64,000 nucleotides of DNA from positions 1,836-65,835 of the forward strand of contig JAWDMM010000003.1 in NCBI GenBank assembly GCA_046536595.1. Reading direction: 5' to 3'. This document shows positions 9,119 through 18,843 of the stretch, piece by piece (position 1 is the stretch's first letter; every line of letters begins with the position of its first letter). The position numbers and the translations under genes were made by a program. The notes under the pieces were generated by a model. It did not search any database. It saw only the letters and a program-made list of their open reading frames with translations, and had not been told where the DNA came from. This DNA is from Nitrososphaeria archaeon. Lineage in GTDB: Archaea; Thermoproteota; Nitrososphaeria; Conexivisphaerales; UBA164.

Positions 9119-10971
9119 AAGTAGGGTTTGAGATACACATTCAGGTCAACAGCAGAAGAAAACTTTTCTGCAACTGTAACCCAAAGGACGATGATAGTTC
9201 GCAGTTAGAATTCAGAAGAAGGCTTAGGGTTTCTACGAGTGAGCTGGGCGAAATAGATCCAGCTGCCGCTTTTGAAATAAAGAAAGGTTTAAACATAGTT
9301 TACGTTTCTGGTAATAAGACCAGCTGTCTAGTTGAAGCTGATGAAGAACCCCCGCATGAACCAGACCCATATTCTGTGGAAGCTGCAATAAAGGTATCGA
9401 ACATGCTGAACTCGTTTATAGTAGATGAAATACATTTTATGAGGAAGATAGTGGTGGACGGCTCAAACACATCTGGATTTCAAAGAACAGCCATAATAGG
9501 TTTGAACGGAAGTTATGCTTTTCGTGGAAAAAATGTTCGCATTCAGACAATATGCTTGGAAGAGGACGCTGCCAGGCTGCTGGAAAAAGGTGAAGGTTAT
9601 GTAAAGTATGAATTAAAAAGGCTCGGCATACCGCTTCTTGAGATAACAACTGAGCCACTTGAGATTTCACCAGAAGAAGCAAAAGCGCTTGCAGAAAGCT
9701 TAGGAAGGACATTAAAACTGACAGGCCTTTTTGCAAGGGGTCTTGGAACCATAAGACAGGACGTGAACGTATCAGTAGAAGGTGGAGGTATTGTAGAGGT
9801 TAAAGGTGTTCAGAAGCTGGAGCAAATACAAAAAGTGATTGAATTTGAAGAAAAAAGGCAGAAGATGCTATTAGAGGTTGCAGCCAAGTTAAAAGAAAGA
9901 GGTATAAGCGAAGAAAGCTTTGCTGATCTAAAACCTATAGAAGTTTCTGATGTTTTTAAGAATCATTCAAACATTCTTAGCGTAAAAAGGTTCTTCAAAG
10001 ATTACGCGTTTGCCCTAAAAGCGCCTGGCCTGAATGGTTTATTTTCATATGAAACAGTTCCAGACTCAAGGCTTGGGCTGGATCTTGCCGATATATGCAG
10101 GCTATTTGGCTTTAAAGGCATAATTCATTCTGATGAGATTTCTAAATACGATTTTGGCCAAGACATTCTGAAAGAACTTGAAAATAAACTCAAAATAAGC
10201 GAGAACGACGGCTTTGTTATAGTCTTCGGAGATAAAGAAAAAGCGGTTTTATGTCTTCAAATGGTGAAAGAAAGGCTCAAGATGGCATTGAAAGGTCCTG
10301 TAGCAGAAACCAGGTACGCAACAGAGAAGGGAACAACAAGATATCTCAGACCTAGACCGGGAGCTTCAAGGATGTATCCCGAAACTGACATTCCGACCAT
10401 AAGGATTACTCAGGAAATGAAGGATAAATACATGGTTGAAATCAAAAGCTGGGAAAAGGCAGTAGAAGAATTCTCTTCAAGGCACTTGATAAATAAAGAA
10501 ATGGCTGAACAAATACTAGATTCTGAATTTACTGATTTCTTTGAGAATGCCGTAGAAAACTATAAAAATGTACCTCCTACGCTTCTGGCTTCTCTTATCG
10601 TGCAAGTTTTCATTCCGTATCAAAATTCAGGGAAAGCTATAGAATATGATGAATTTTTAAAGCTGCTTGATGAGTTTTCTAAAGGAAATATAGCAAAAGA
10701 AGCCGTTATTGATGTAGCAAGGTATATGTTAGAAAAAGGAGTAAACCTTGAAAGCGCGCTCAAGGAAATGAACATAGAGAAGCTTAGCTTAGAAGAGCTT
10801 AGAAAAATAATAAAGGAGAAAATTGATGAGGCTTTGCAGGAAAACGTTGAACCTTCAAAAATCTACGGCACTGTAATGGGAAGAGTCATGTCCTTGGTCA
10901 GGGGAAAGATTGAAGGAAAGATCGTTAACGAGGAAGTAAAAAAGGCTCTCGAAAATATAAATAAAGCTTAA
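9115..10971 (+). CDS. gatE: Glu-tRNA(Gln) amidotransferase subunit E
   Basis: KVGFEIHIQ, KLFCNC, DGSNTSGFQRT, LEEDAAR, RPGASRMYPETD. Confidence 0.97.
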   Translation: MKVGFEIHIQVNSRRKLFCNCNPKDDDSSQLEFRRRLRVSTSELGEIDPAAAFEIKKGLNIVYVSGNKTSCLVEADEEPPHEPDPYSVEAAIKVSNMLNSFIVDEIHFMRKIVVDGSNTSGFQRTAIIGLNGSYAFRGKNVRIQTICLEEDAARLLEKGEGYVKYELKRLGIPLLEITTEPLEISPEEAKALAESLGRTLKLTGLFARGLGTIRQDVNVSVEGGGIVEVKGVQKLEQIQKVIEFEEKRQKMLLEVAAKLKERGISEESFADLKPIEVSDVFKNHSNILSVKRFFKDYAFALKAPGLNGLFSYETVPDSRLGLDLADICRLFGFKGIIHSDEISKYDFGQDILKELENKLKISENDGFVIVFGDKEKAVLCLQMVKERLKMALKGPVAETRYATEKGTTRYLRPRPGASRMYPETDIPTIRITQEMKDKYMVEIKSWEKAVEEFSSRHLINKEMAEQILDSEFTDFFENAVENYKNVPPTLLASLIVQVFIPYQNSGKAIEYDEFLKLLDEFSKGNIAKEAVIDVARYMLEKGVNLESALKEMNIEKLSLEELRKIIKEKIDEALQENVEPSKIYGTVMGRVMSLVRGKIEGKIVNEEVKKALENINKA

Positions 10972-11765
10972 GACCCAAACGTACACAGCTTTCTTTTTGT
11001 AACATTAAAATCCTTGATTTTTAATTTGTCTGTTAAAAAAGGAACTATGTTGCTCCTGTAAAGGCTAAATTTTTCGTTCTCATAAACGGCAAAAGAAAAC
11101 GGGAAATCGTCTATCTTTATGAGCAAATTTTCATATGGGGAAGAAGCTACTCTGTTTCCTCCCGAATAAAGCTCAACATCAATTCCGTAGTGCCCGCTGA
11201 TTGCTCCTGAACACTTTCCAAGGTTTCTTATAATTTTTTGAAGTATGAATCTTCTTTCATGGGTTGCAATGATTTTTGAGTTTTTTATTTCAGCTGAATC
11301 AAATGAAGATCCATAAGCTATAAGCAAAATCTCTGTATCAGCCAGTTTGAACTTTTCGCGGCCTTTAACAAATACACCTCTTCTTAGGTTATTATGTAAA
11401 AATATATCTCCATAGTCTATGAATGAATCGTGGTTTCCGTTTATAAGCGCATAACCTATTCCGAGCTCCTCAAGCAGCTTTAATGTTTTTAAGAAGTAAT
11501 AAAGGTGAACCTTAAAAAGTTCTTTTGAGACGTGCGTATTGCCTTTAAACATTGTGTAGTCTTCAAAAGACTCAGCTCTGTTCTCTTTTGATAGCTGCTC
11601 AACGTCTGCAAAGCGTAGACGCTCTCCTTTTTTTATAAAGTAAAATTGGCCAGGGCCGTCAAACAAAACGTCGCCTAAAAAGAAAAAATAATCTGGTTTG
11701 AAAAGCTTTATAAGTGAATCAGTAAACTGGAAATTTCTTACATCCGATATGAACATCAATTTCAT
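10968..11765 (-). CDS. Divergent calcineurin-like metallophosphoesterase (ATG at 11765 preferred over upstream GTG at 11807)
   Basis: FISD, GDVLFD, GNHD, THE, SGH motif order. Confidence 0.7.
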   Translation of the reverse strand: MKLMFISDVRNFQFTDSLIKLFKPDYFFFLGDVLFDGPGQFYFIKKGERLRFADVEQLSKENRAESFEDYTMFKGNTHVSKELFKVHLYYFLKTLKLLEELGIGYALINGNHDSFIDYGDIFLHNNLRRGVFVKGREKFKLADTEILLIAYGSSFDSAEIKNSKIIATHERRFILQKIIRNLGKCSGAISGHYGIDVELYSGGNRVASSPYENLLIKIDDFPFSFAVYENEKFSLYRSNIVPFLTDKLKIKDFNVTKRKLCTFGS

Positions 11766-11837
11766 TTTATGTGCTGATAATTGTTTGTTTTTTAAAAACT
11801 TTAACACATATAAGCAGGCTACGTTTATAAAAACATC

Positions 11838-12239
11838 ATGATAAAAAATATTTATTTTGAGGTAGAAACTAAAAAAAGAAGAGAGCTGATAGATATAACT
11901 GAGAAGTTAAAAGATATAGTATTAAAGGAAAACGGTTCAGGCTGTATAAACATTTTTGTTCCCCATACTACAGCAGGAATTTTGATAAACGAAAACGAGA
12001 GAGGGCTAAAAAACGACATCCTGAGCATGTTTGAAAAAGTTGTTCCCGAAAATGAAAAATACGAACATAACCTGATCGACAACAATGCAGATGCGCATAT
12101 TTTATCCGTAATCGTAAAGAACAATTCCTGTATACCTTTCTCTGACGGGAAATTATTGCTAGGGACATGGCAGAGCGTTTTCTTTGTAGAACTGGATGGT
12201 CCAAGGCACAGAAATGTAATAGCCACCCTGATTAAATGA
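11838..12239 (+). CDS. YjbQ/UPF0047 family protein
   Basis: PHTTAGILINE, NADAH, LGTWQSVFFVELDGPR. Confidence 0.93.
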   Translation: MIKNIYFEVETKKRRELIDITEKLKDIVLKENGSGCINIFVPHTTAGILINENERGLKNDILSMFEKVVPENEKYEHNLIDNNADAHILSVIVKNNSCIPFSDGKLLLGTWQSVFFVELDGPRHRNVIATLIK

Positions 12240-12280
12240 GTTTTATAAAAAATGAGTTTTAGGGGCTTAAAAATACACTT

Positions 12281-13252
12281 TCAAATTGAAGATGGGCTCA
12301 ACCAATTTTCTTTTATTTTTTCGTAAATTTCTTTTGAAACCTTTTCAAATTCATCTGGTTTAACTTTTTTACCAAGGTTTGCTCCCGAGGCGTATTCATG
12401 TCCTCCTCCTCCAAATATGTTCGCAAGCGGAACCAAGTTTATATTAGAATTTTTCTTTCTTCTGAAGCTCATGCCACCTTCATCTTTGACTATTATGTAG
12501 ACATCGGCATCGTTGTTCTCTATTATTTTATTGGCGGCCTGCGTACCTGAGATCAACGATGTTGCATAAGCTATCGCGAACCTGTAGCCATTTATGTTAA
12601 AAAATCTAACCGATTTCGCTGTGTACTCCAATTCTTCTCTTTTTTTATTCCTATAATATTCAAGCACATTCTTAAGGTCTTCAGTAACGACTTCTTTGGG
12701 CCCCTTTAAAGCGAGTTGAACAGCTAAAAAAGCCAGCCTGCACCTAGGCGGATCCTTTTCTAGGTAATTAAAATAATCTATGATATCGACCAAGTCCATT
12801 ACGTATTGATCTTTTATGTTCAGCGTGTCTGATTGAAATCCAGCATCAGCTATGAGTTTAGAAATTTCATCTTCAAGATCATAACGCTTTTGTACAAGTA
12901 CTGAAGCTGAACCCGCATCCTTTTCAACAAGCAAACCCACGTTTATGCCTTCTAATTTTTTTATTATTTCTTCTTTTGTTACGTGATGATCAGTCCATTC
13001 AACATTTCCATCAGTTTTCTTTATTCTTTCTATTATAAGATCTATCGAGTTTAAGTTGGTCGAGATATCAGCTATAAACACTTTAACTTCTTTAATGTTA
13101 GTAATATTTTCAGGATAAACCCTGTCATTGTCCTTATAATCCCTTAAATAAAGCAAATATGGCGTGTCCGAAGAAATTGACTTTCTTATTAGAAGTGCAG
13201 CTGAAGAAATTCCGTCAAGATCTGCGGAATGTGAAATTATAACATTGATCAT
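12281..13252 (-). CDS. DHH/DHHA1 family phosphoesterase
   Basis: HSADLDG, DHH, GGGHEYASG motifs. Confidence 0.9.
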   Translation of the reverse strand: MINVIISHSADLDGISSAALLIRKSISSDTPYLLYLRDYKDNDRVYPENITNIKEVKVFIADISTNLNSIDLIIERIKKTDGNVEWTDHHVTKEEIIKKLEGINVGLLVEKDAGSASVLVQKRYDLEDEISKLIADAGFQSDTLNIKDQYVMDLVDIIDYFNYLEKDPPRCRLAFLAVQLALKGPKEVVTEDLKNVLEYYRNKKREELEYTAKSVRFFNINGYRFAIAYATSLISGTQAANKIIENNDADVYIIVKDEGGMSFRRKKNSNINLVPLANIFGGGGHEYASGANLGKKVKPDEFEKVSKEIYEKIKENWLSPSSI

Positions 13253-13285
13253 TTCGATTCCCTATATTTATACAGTTTTAATCAT

Positions 13286-13427
13286 GTGAACTACCCTGCC
13301 CTCACTGGCAAGGCTTCCCGGTTCATCGAAACGCTTACGTGTGGAATGTTTGCATTCCACCGTCGCAGAGGCGTTTCATCCCTGGGCGTCTCGCCTGCAT
13401 TCCACAGGCAAAGCCCATTTGGGCATC
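13286..13427 (-). ncRNA. Putative TnpB omegaRNA scaffold (3' guide would continue into 13285-13266)
   Basis: Hairpins GCCTG/CAGGC, GAAACGC/GCGTTTC and GTGGAATG-CAAA-CATTCCAC. Ends at the right-end GTAGTTCAC. TATA-like TTTTATATAAA at ~13444-13454 lies upstream. Expression is inferred. Confidence 0.65.
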
Positions 13428-13523
13428 AATAATATAAAATTTCTTTATATAAAAACATTTCTGTAAGTGGCTATTCATCCCCTACCTCGCGGAAGGGGAC
13501 TTTCGCCCCTTAACCCCAAAAAG
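13286..13523 (-). mobile_element. Non-autonomous IS200/IS605 (IS1341-like) mini-element, copy E1; no ORF
   Basis: Minus strand reads TTTAA | CTTTTTGGGGTTAAGGGGCGAAAGTCCCCTT (hairpin with GAAA loop and bulged T) ... TCGATGAACCGGGAAGCCTTGCCAGTGAGGGCAGGGTAGTTCAC. Collinear homology with 55572-55825. Confidence 0.85.
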
Positions 13524-13623
13524 TTAAAAAATTATCTGAATAAATTATAAGCTCATAACACAGAAAATTCATCTGTGCTGATTATAAGTTTGATAGATTT
13601 GGATTAATGTTTTAATAATAAGA

Positions 13624-14424
13624 TCATTTTCCAAACCTTCTGTTTCTTTTTTCATAAGTTCTAAGGATCCTCAAAAAATCAATCTTTCTTAAATCTGGCC
13701 AGTATATATCCATAAAAACCATTTCGCTGTAAGATGATTGATAGAGTAAAAAGTCGCTCAACCTCATTTCGCCAGAAGTTCTTATTATAAGATCTGGCTC
13801 AGGGAATGGAAGGTCTCCAGTATAAAGCTTTGACATAAAAAACTCTTCATCAACAGCTTCAGGAGAAATTTTTCCATCCTTTACTTCCCGGACTATTTCT
13901 TTTACAGCATTTAGAATTTCATACCTTCCACTGTACGCAACAGCCACGTTTATGACCATTCCATCGTTGTTTTTTGTACTGCTTTCAAGCTCTTCGAACT
14001 CCCGTTTAAGAGCATCAGGCAGAAGCTCTTTATTTCCAAGTGTTTTAATTCTTATTTTGTGCTTTTCTATAAGCCCGCTTTCTTCAAGCTTTTTAAGCTT
14101 TTCATACATGTTCTCGACTATAGAGCTGAGCTCCTCAGGTGATCTCTTAATGAGATTGTCTTTAGACAGAGCATAGAATGTTATTATCTTTATATTATAA
14201 TCCAGAGACCATAGAACAAACTTTTCCGCTATATCAGCTCCATACCTGTACCCTTCCCAGGAGGGAAGGTTTCTCTCGTTTGCCCATCTTCTGTTACCGT
14301 CCATTATAACAGCTATGTGCTTTGGCAAAGGGCCTCCTTTAACCTCTTCATCGAGCATCTTTTCATAAAGGGATTCTATACCCATGATTTTGATTATTTT
14401 TCTTAAAATTGTATTGGCTTTCAT
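13624..14424 (-). CDS. uppS: Cis-prenyltransferase (undecaprenyl/polyprenyl diphosphate synthase)
   Basis: HIAVIMDGNRRWA, PDLIIRTSGEMRLSDFL, RRFG. Confidence 0.96.
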   Translation of the reverse strand: MKANTILRKIIKIMGIESLYEKMLDEEVKGGPLPKHIAVIMDGNRRWANERNLPSWEGYRYGADIAEKFVLWSLDYNIKIITFYALSKDNLIKRSPEELSSIVENMYEKLKKLEESGLIEKHKIRIKTLGNKELLPDALKREFEELESSTKNNDGMVINVAVAYSGRYEILNAVKEIVREVKDGKISPEAVDEEFFMSKLYTGDLPFPEPDLIIRTSGEMRLSDFLLYQSSYSEMVFMDIYWPDLRKIDFLRILRTYEKRNRRFGK

Positions 14425-15515
14425 TTTTGTTTAACCTTAAAGTAATCAGCAAGGATATAGTAAATCAGAATTATCATTATGGCAAGTATAGCCAGTATTA
14501 TAACAACAAGGGATATGCCAGAGATCTGAGGGTTCATAAGAACTATGCCAACGTTGTACACTGGTATGTAAAAAAGAAGAAGAGATATCAAAAGCGTCGC
14601 TTCTCTTAAAGCAAGATATCTGCTTCTTCTGAAATACAGAAAGAAGTTTACAACAAGTTGCAGACCTATGGCTATCCACACATAAGTTTCCATGGTTATT
14701 ATGGAAGCTCCAACAAGGTACCCAAATGCATATACTTCAAAACCTTTTTGAAGCACGGCAAACTGCTGCGAAAGCAAAATCTCCTGTGCGGTCTTTATGC
14801 TGCCCAAAATTACTATTATCAGCCCTGACATGGCGCTCAAAAATTTTACAAGAAAGTTTGTGCTCTTTCTCATCTGACCTACAGCGTTGTCAAGGTTAAA
14901 CCCTCTAATGATAAGAGCCAGACTCAGAATCAATGCGAGAAGATACCCTGCATATTCCCTTATGGGCGAAAGGTAAAGAAGAGAGTATGCTAGCAAAAGT
15001 ATGCCAGGAACGCCTAGAAAATACTTTGAATATCTAGTATCGTATATAGCCATTTTTAAGTACTTGCCCAGTATTATGTAGCTCTCTTCGATGTTGCGGC
15101 TGTACTTAACCACAATTCTGACGATAGACCTTATTGATCCATAATTCATTATGATGGGTAAAATTTCTTCATCTTCAACGCCATCTGATACAAGTATTAT
15201 TTCTTCAAAATTAAGCTGTTTTTTAAGGTATGCCACTTGATTTCTGATCTTCGTATCAGCTTTTAACCCGCCGTTGCTGTCTCCGCTAACAGCTGCTATT
15301 TCGCAATCTTCGTTTGATTTTTTTAATTCATCATAAACCTTGATAGCGCCCATCATTGCATTTCCGTCAGCTTCTTCAGGATCGTTTAGCAAAAGTTTGT
15401 TAGCCGCTTCTAAAACCTTCTCTCTTCCGATTATGGGAGTAGATAAACCTGCCTTTAAACCTATATCATCGTCGCGATCAGCAACAAGAACGAGTGTTTT
15501 CGACAAACTATACAA
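14421..15515 (-). CDS. DUF373 family membrane protein
   Basis: LVLVADRDDDIG, DPEEADGNAM, VSDGVEDE and hydrophobic C-terminal helices. Typical neighbour of uppS in archaea. Confidence 0.85.
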   Translation of the reverse strand: MYSLSKTLVLVADRDDDIGLKAGLSTPIIGREKVLEAANKLLLNDPEEADGNAMMGAIKVYDELKKSNEDCEIAAVSGDSNGGLKADTKIRNQVAYLKKQLNFEEIILVSDGVEDEEILPIIMNYGSIRSIVRIVVKYSRNIEESYIILGKYLKMAIYDTRYSKYFLGVPGILLLAYSLLYLSPIREYAGYLLALILSLALIIRGFNLDNAVGQMRKSTNFLVKFLSAMSGLIIVILGSIKTAQEILLSQQFAVLQKGFEVYAFGYLVGASIITMETYVWIAIGLQLVVNFFLYFRRSRYLALREATLLISLLLFYIPVYNVGIVLMNPQISGISLVVIILAILAIMIILIYYILADYFKVKQK

Positions 15516-15627
15516 TTAAGATAAACGGCTATTATTTTAAGTTTATTGGTAGCTTCAAAGATAAACTGCTAATATATGAAAAAATAAAAAATTTAAAAAC
15601 AAGCAAACAAATGGTTAAACAATTAAA

Positions 15628-16728
15628 TTGAACTACCAGCCACGGGTTTCAGTGATCATACCAGTTTATAAAAACCCAATGAATCTTAGCGAAATTTTAA
15701 GAGCTATTTTTAACGACAGTTATAAAGAAAAAGAAGTCATAATCATAGCAGATGAACCGGATGATGATTTTTTTAGAACTGATTTTTTAGAGAGATGCAA
15801 GTTAATAGTCAACGAAAAAAGAATTGGAAAAGTTGAATCTCTTAACAAAGCTGTTAAAATAGCTAACGGGGATTACCTGATATTTTTGGATTCCGACGTA
15901 TTTATACCAGATGACCTTGTATCAAGGTCTGTTCAGGTTGCTCTAAATTCTAATGCGGACATAATAGATTATGTAAAGCTTGGTTACGGCAGCAAGCTTA
16001 TTGAGAGGATGGCATCAATAGACTACGCAATAGCAAGCGAGTTCCTCGAAATAGGCTCCAAGTTTTCTAGAAAGACCATAGCTCTGGATGGCGCTGCATT
16101 TATGATAAAAAAGGATAGCCTGATTAAGGTTGGTGGTTTTGATCACTTTTTTGCTGAAGATTTATATCTGGGTTTGAAAAGCTATAATCACGGGTTAAAG
16201 TATATAATTTCTGATATAGAAGTTCGCGTTAAGCAGCCTGATAACATAAAAAAATGGTTTGATCAGAGGATAAGATGGTCTTATGGATTATCAGAATGGA
16301 TTTTAAACAACCTTTTAAGGTTGATTTTTTATTTTATGAAGACGCCTTGGCTTTTTATCTCTTTTATTGTCTTTGTTGTCTCACCTTTAACTTCATTGGG
16401 CTTCTTTTATCTAATTTCAGCTCCTTTTGTTAACAATTTTATGATGCTTTATATGTTTAATCCGGTTATCAAATTTACGCCTTTGTTAGCAAGGTTTCCT
16501 ATGATTTATCTGGTTTATTTTACACGTTTTTTTGCGATATTTATGGGATCATTTGTTTTAACCATGATAGCTTACTCATTTATTTTAAAACATTACAAAA
16601 TTAAATACAGATTTTATGATCTGTTAGTTTATTATTTCCTTTATCAGCCATTGTTGTTCGCAACTTACATGCTTGGGTTTGCAATCTACGTTCTTAAAGT
16701 TAGGGTTGAACTTAATTGGAAAGTTTAA
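15628..16728 (+). CDS. Processive membrane glycosyltransferase family 2 (polysaccharide synthase-like)
   Basis: SVIIPVY, FLDSD, AEDL and QRIRW (QxxRW), followed by several TM helices. Confidence 0.9.
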   Translation: MNYQPRVSVIIPVYKNPMNLSEILRAIFNDSYKEKEVIIIADEPDDDFFRTDFLERCKLIVNEKRIGKVESLNKAVKIANGDYLIFLDSDVFIPDDLVSRSVQVALNSNADIIDYVKLGYGSKLIERMASIDYAIASEFLEIGSKFSRKTIALDGAAFMIKKDSLIKVGGFDHFFAEDLYLGLKSYNHGLKYIISDIEVRVKQPDNIKKWFDQRIRWSYGLSEWILNNLLRLIFYFMKTPWLFISFIVFVVSPLTSLGFFYLISAPFVNNFMMLYMFNPVIKFTPLLARFPMIYLVYFTRFFAIFMGSFVLTMIAYSFILKHYKIKYRFYDLLVYYFLYQPLLFATYMLGFAIYVLKVRVELNWKV

Positions 16729-17732
16729 AAAGGATAAAGTTTTCCTTTAACAAGCCAGTAAGCTATAAGTATCTATATGACAGGAGTGACGAAATAAGGA
16801 AATTATCAGAAACAGAATCCGCTTTTCTGTTAGGGCCGTTGGGAATAGGTAAGACATCTCTTTTGAAATCTTATCTGGAACATAAAATGTGTAACGCATT
16901 ATGGATAAACGGAGAAAGGATAAGGAATTTTAACGCTTTTATAAACAGTTTAAAGAAACAGTACAGCGAACTGCTTAAAAATAGGTTGGTTAAAAAATCA
17001 CCCGGCCCATTATCTGAATTAAATGCCCCACTTTTAGAGATAGAAAGTTATAAGGAGGGCAAATCAGACAGGTATACTTTTTTAAATAATTTTTTAGAAG
17101 AGCTAACTTTTATAAGCGACCAAAAAATCTGTCTGGTTATAGATGATTTTACTGAAATTAGAAAGATAGGACCAGCTTTTTTGGATATAAGCAGATCTAT
17201 CTATAAGGTTCTTAAAAAAAGAAATATAAGCATACTGTTAGCTTCATCAGAACTCGGTTATGCAAGAGAAATTTTAAAAAAGAAGGATCTCCCGCTTGAA
17301 AAAGTATTTTCTGTGCTAACTTTAAAGCCATTTAGTCTTGAAGACTCATCTGATTTTTTATCTAAAGGACTAGAAGGTTACGGCGTTAGCTGTCCAAAAA
17401 AGTACATAGGAGATTCCTATTATGTATCTGAAGGCTTTCCTCTTTGGCTCTCACTTATTGGTTTAAGAATGTTAGAAGGAAAGTGCAACCCAGAAGGCAT
17501 TTATACAGACAGAAGAGCACAGCTGTTCTGGGTTGAAAGGATGACAAAGCTTTCAGCTAAAGAGAAGTACATACTGAGGCTTATAGCAAAGGGGGAAAGC
17601 TACAGATCCGTAGGACCACACAGCAGGCGTGCACTAATTTCTCTTATAAGAAGAGGTTACATAATAAAAAACAAGCAAGAAGAAATAGTAGACCCAGTTC
17701 TTCAATATCTTTTAAAGATGGAACTCATATGA
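16716..17732 (+). CDS. Archaeal AAA-type ATPase with probable C-terminal winged helix
   Basis: Walker A GPLGIGKT, Walker B LVIDDF, C-terminal 'RRALISLIRRGYI'. Confidence 0.8.
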   Translation: MESLKRIKFSFNKPVSYKYLYDRSDEIRKLSETESAFLLGPLGIGKTSLLKSYLEHKMCNALWINGERIRNFNAFINSLKKQYSELLKNRLVKKSPGPLSELNAPLLEIESYKEGKSDRYTFLNNFLEELTFISDQKICLVIDDFTEIRKIGPAFLDISRSIYKVLKKRNISILLASSELGYAREILKKKDLPLEKVFSVLTLKPFSLEDSSDFLSKGLEGYGVSCPKKYIGDSYYVSEGFPLWLSLIGLRMLEGKCNPEGIYTDRRAQLFWVERMTKLSAKEKYILRLIAKGESYRSVGPHSRRALISLIRRGYIIKNKQEEIVDPVLQYLLKMELI

Positions 17733-17852
17733 ACGTTATGCATTTTTATATATGTTGATTAAACGAAGAAAATTTTTGGAAGCAAGGTCATAATAAGCTA
17801 AAAACGATAAATGTTTAAATAAGAACGTATTTTTATTATTTAAAGCAATAAG

Positions 17853-18728
17853 TTGTATGATATTCTGAGATCAGAGAACATTAGAAGGATGCTTTTAGAT
17901 TTTATTTTAGGTTACCCTATAGATATTAGAATTTCTCTTTCAAAAAAAGAACCTATATATTCTGTTAACAACAAAGTTTTAGATGAGAATACTTTAAAGC
18001 TTCTGATTGAAAGCAAGATCATCTATTATGCTGGTAATGAAAGTTTTTTAGCTTGCCCTAAAGATGCCTCGATGAACCTGCATGTAATTTTAATCTGTCC
18101 CGTGCATAAAGTTGCGTTGCAAAAAATAGAAATATACGAAAATAAAACAACCGGCGCCATAATCAATGCTGCAGCAGGTGAAACGTCTCAGAATTTAATT
18201 AAGAGGGGTTATTATCTAAAATGCGAGAAAGGAGAGACAGTTTTTAACCCGGACTTTCTTTATAGGTGTGAGAATGGTCATGTTTTTGGCCTGGAAGATG
18301 CGATCGTAGCTAACGTTAAAAAGTACAGGGTGAACGAAGATACGCTTAATTTAGTAAAAGAATATTTTAACGAGTTAAATCAGGTTTCTAATTTCCTGTC
18401 AAACGAAGGGTATAAAATACTTGAAAACAGGAAATTTAAAGGATTGAGCGGTGTAGATTATGAGTTTGATTTGATGGCTAAGAAAGGCGAACAGCAGATA
18501 GCCTTTTATTTTATCAAAGGGGATAAAGTAGAAGAATTACTTTCTCTCCTTCCAAAACTTTATGATATATCGCAGATACGCAATGTACCTTTGAACATTT
18601 TTATAGTCACGGGTAAACAGGTAAACGACGATCTGCTACACATGTTTGACAGGTACAACGTAAAGGTTATAAAAGCAGAAAAAGCAGACGAAATCTTAGA
18701 CTTTATAACCAAAAACCTTAAATCATAA
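17853..18728 (+). CDS. TackOD1-like Zn-ribbon domain fused to a PD-(D/E)XK/Mrr-like fold domain
   Basis: LACPKD, ICPVH, YRCENGHVF and KKYRVNE resemble thaumarchaeal output domain 1. C-terminal GLSGVDYEFDL. Confidence 0.6.
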   Translation: MYDILRSENIRRMLLDFILGYPIDIRISLSKKEPIYSVNNKVLDENTLKLLIESKIIYYAGNESFLACPKDASMNLHVILICPVHKVALQKIEIYENKTTGAIINAAAGETSQNLIKRGYYLKCEKGETVFNPDFLYRCENGHVFGLEDAIVANVKKYRVNEDTLNLVKEYFNELNQVSNFLSNEGYKILENRKFKGLSGVDYEFDLMAKKGEQQIAFYFIKGDKVEELLSLLPKLYDISQIRNVPLNIFIVTGKQVNDDLLHMFDRYNVKVIKAEKADEILDFITKNLKS

Positions 18729-18843
18729 GTTTTGAAAATTATTAATATTTTATGAGAACCATCAGTTATAAAAAAATTTGGTTGAAATCAGGACATTTTA
18801 GCATATTGTTTTATACATTTTTGTACAGCACAGCTATTGAACG

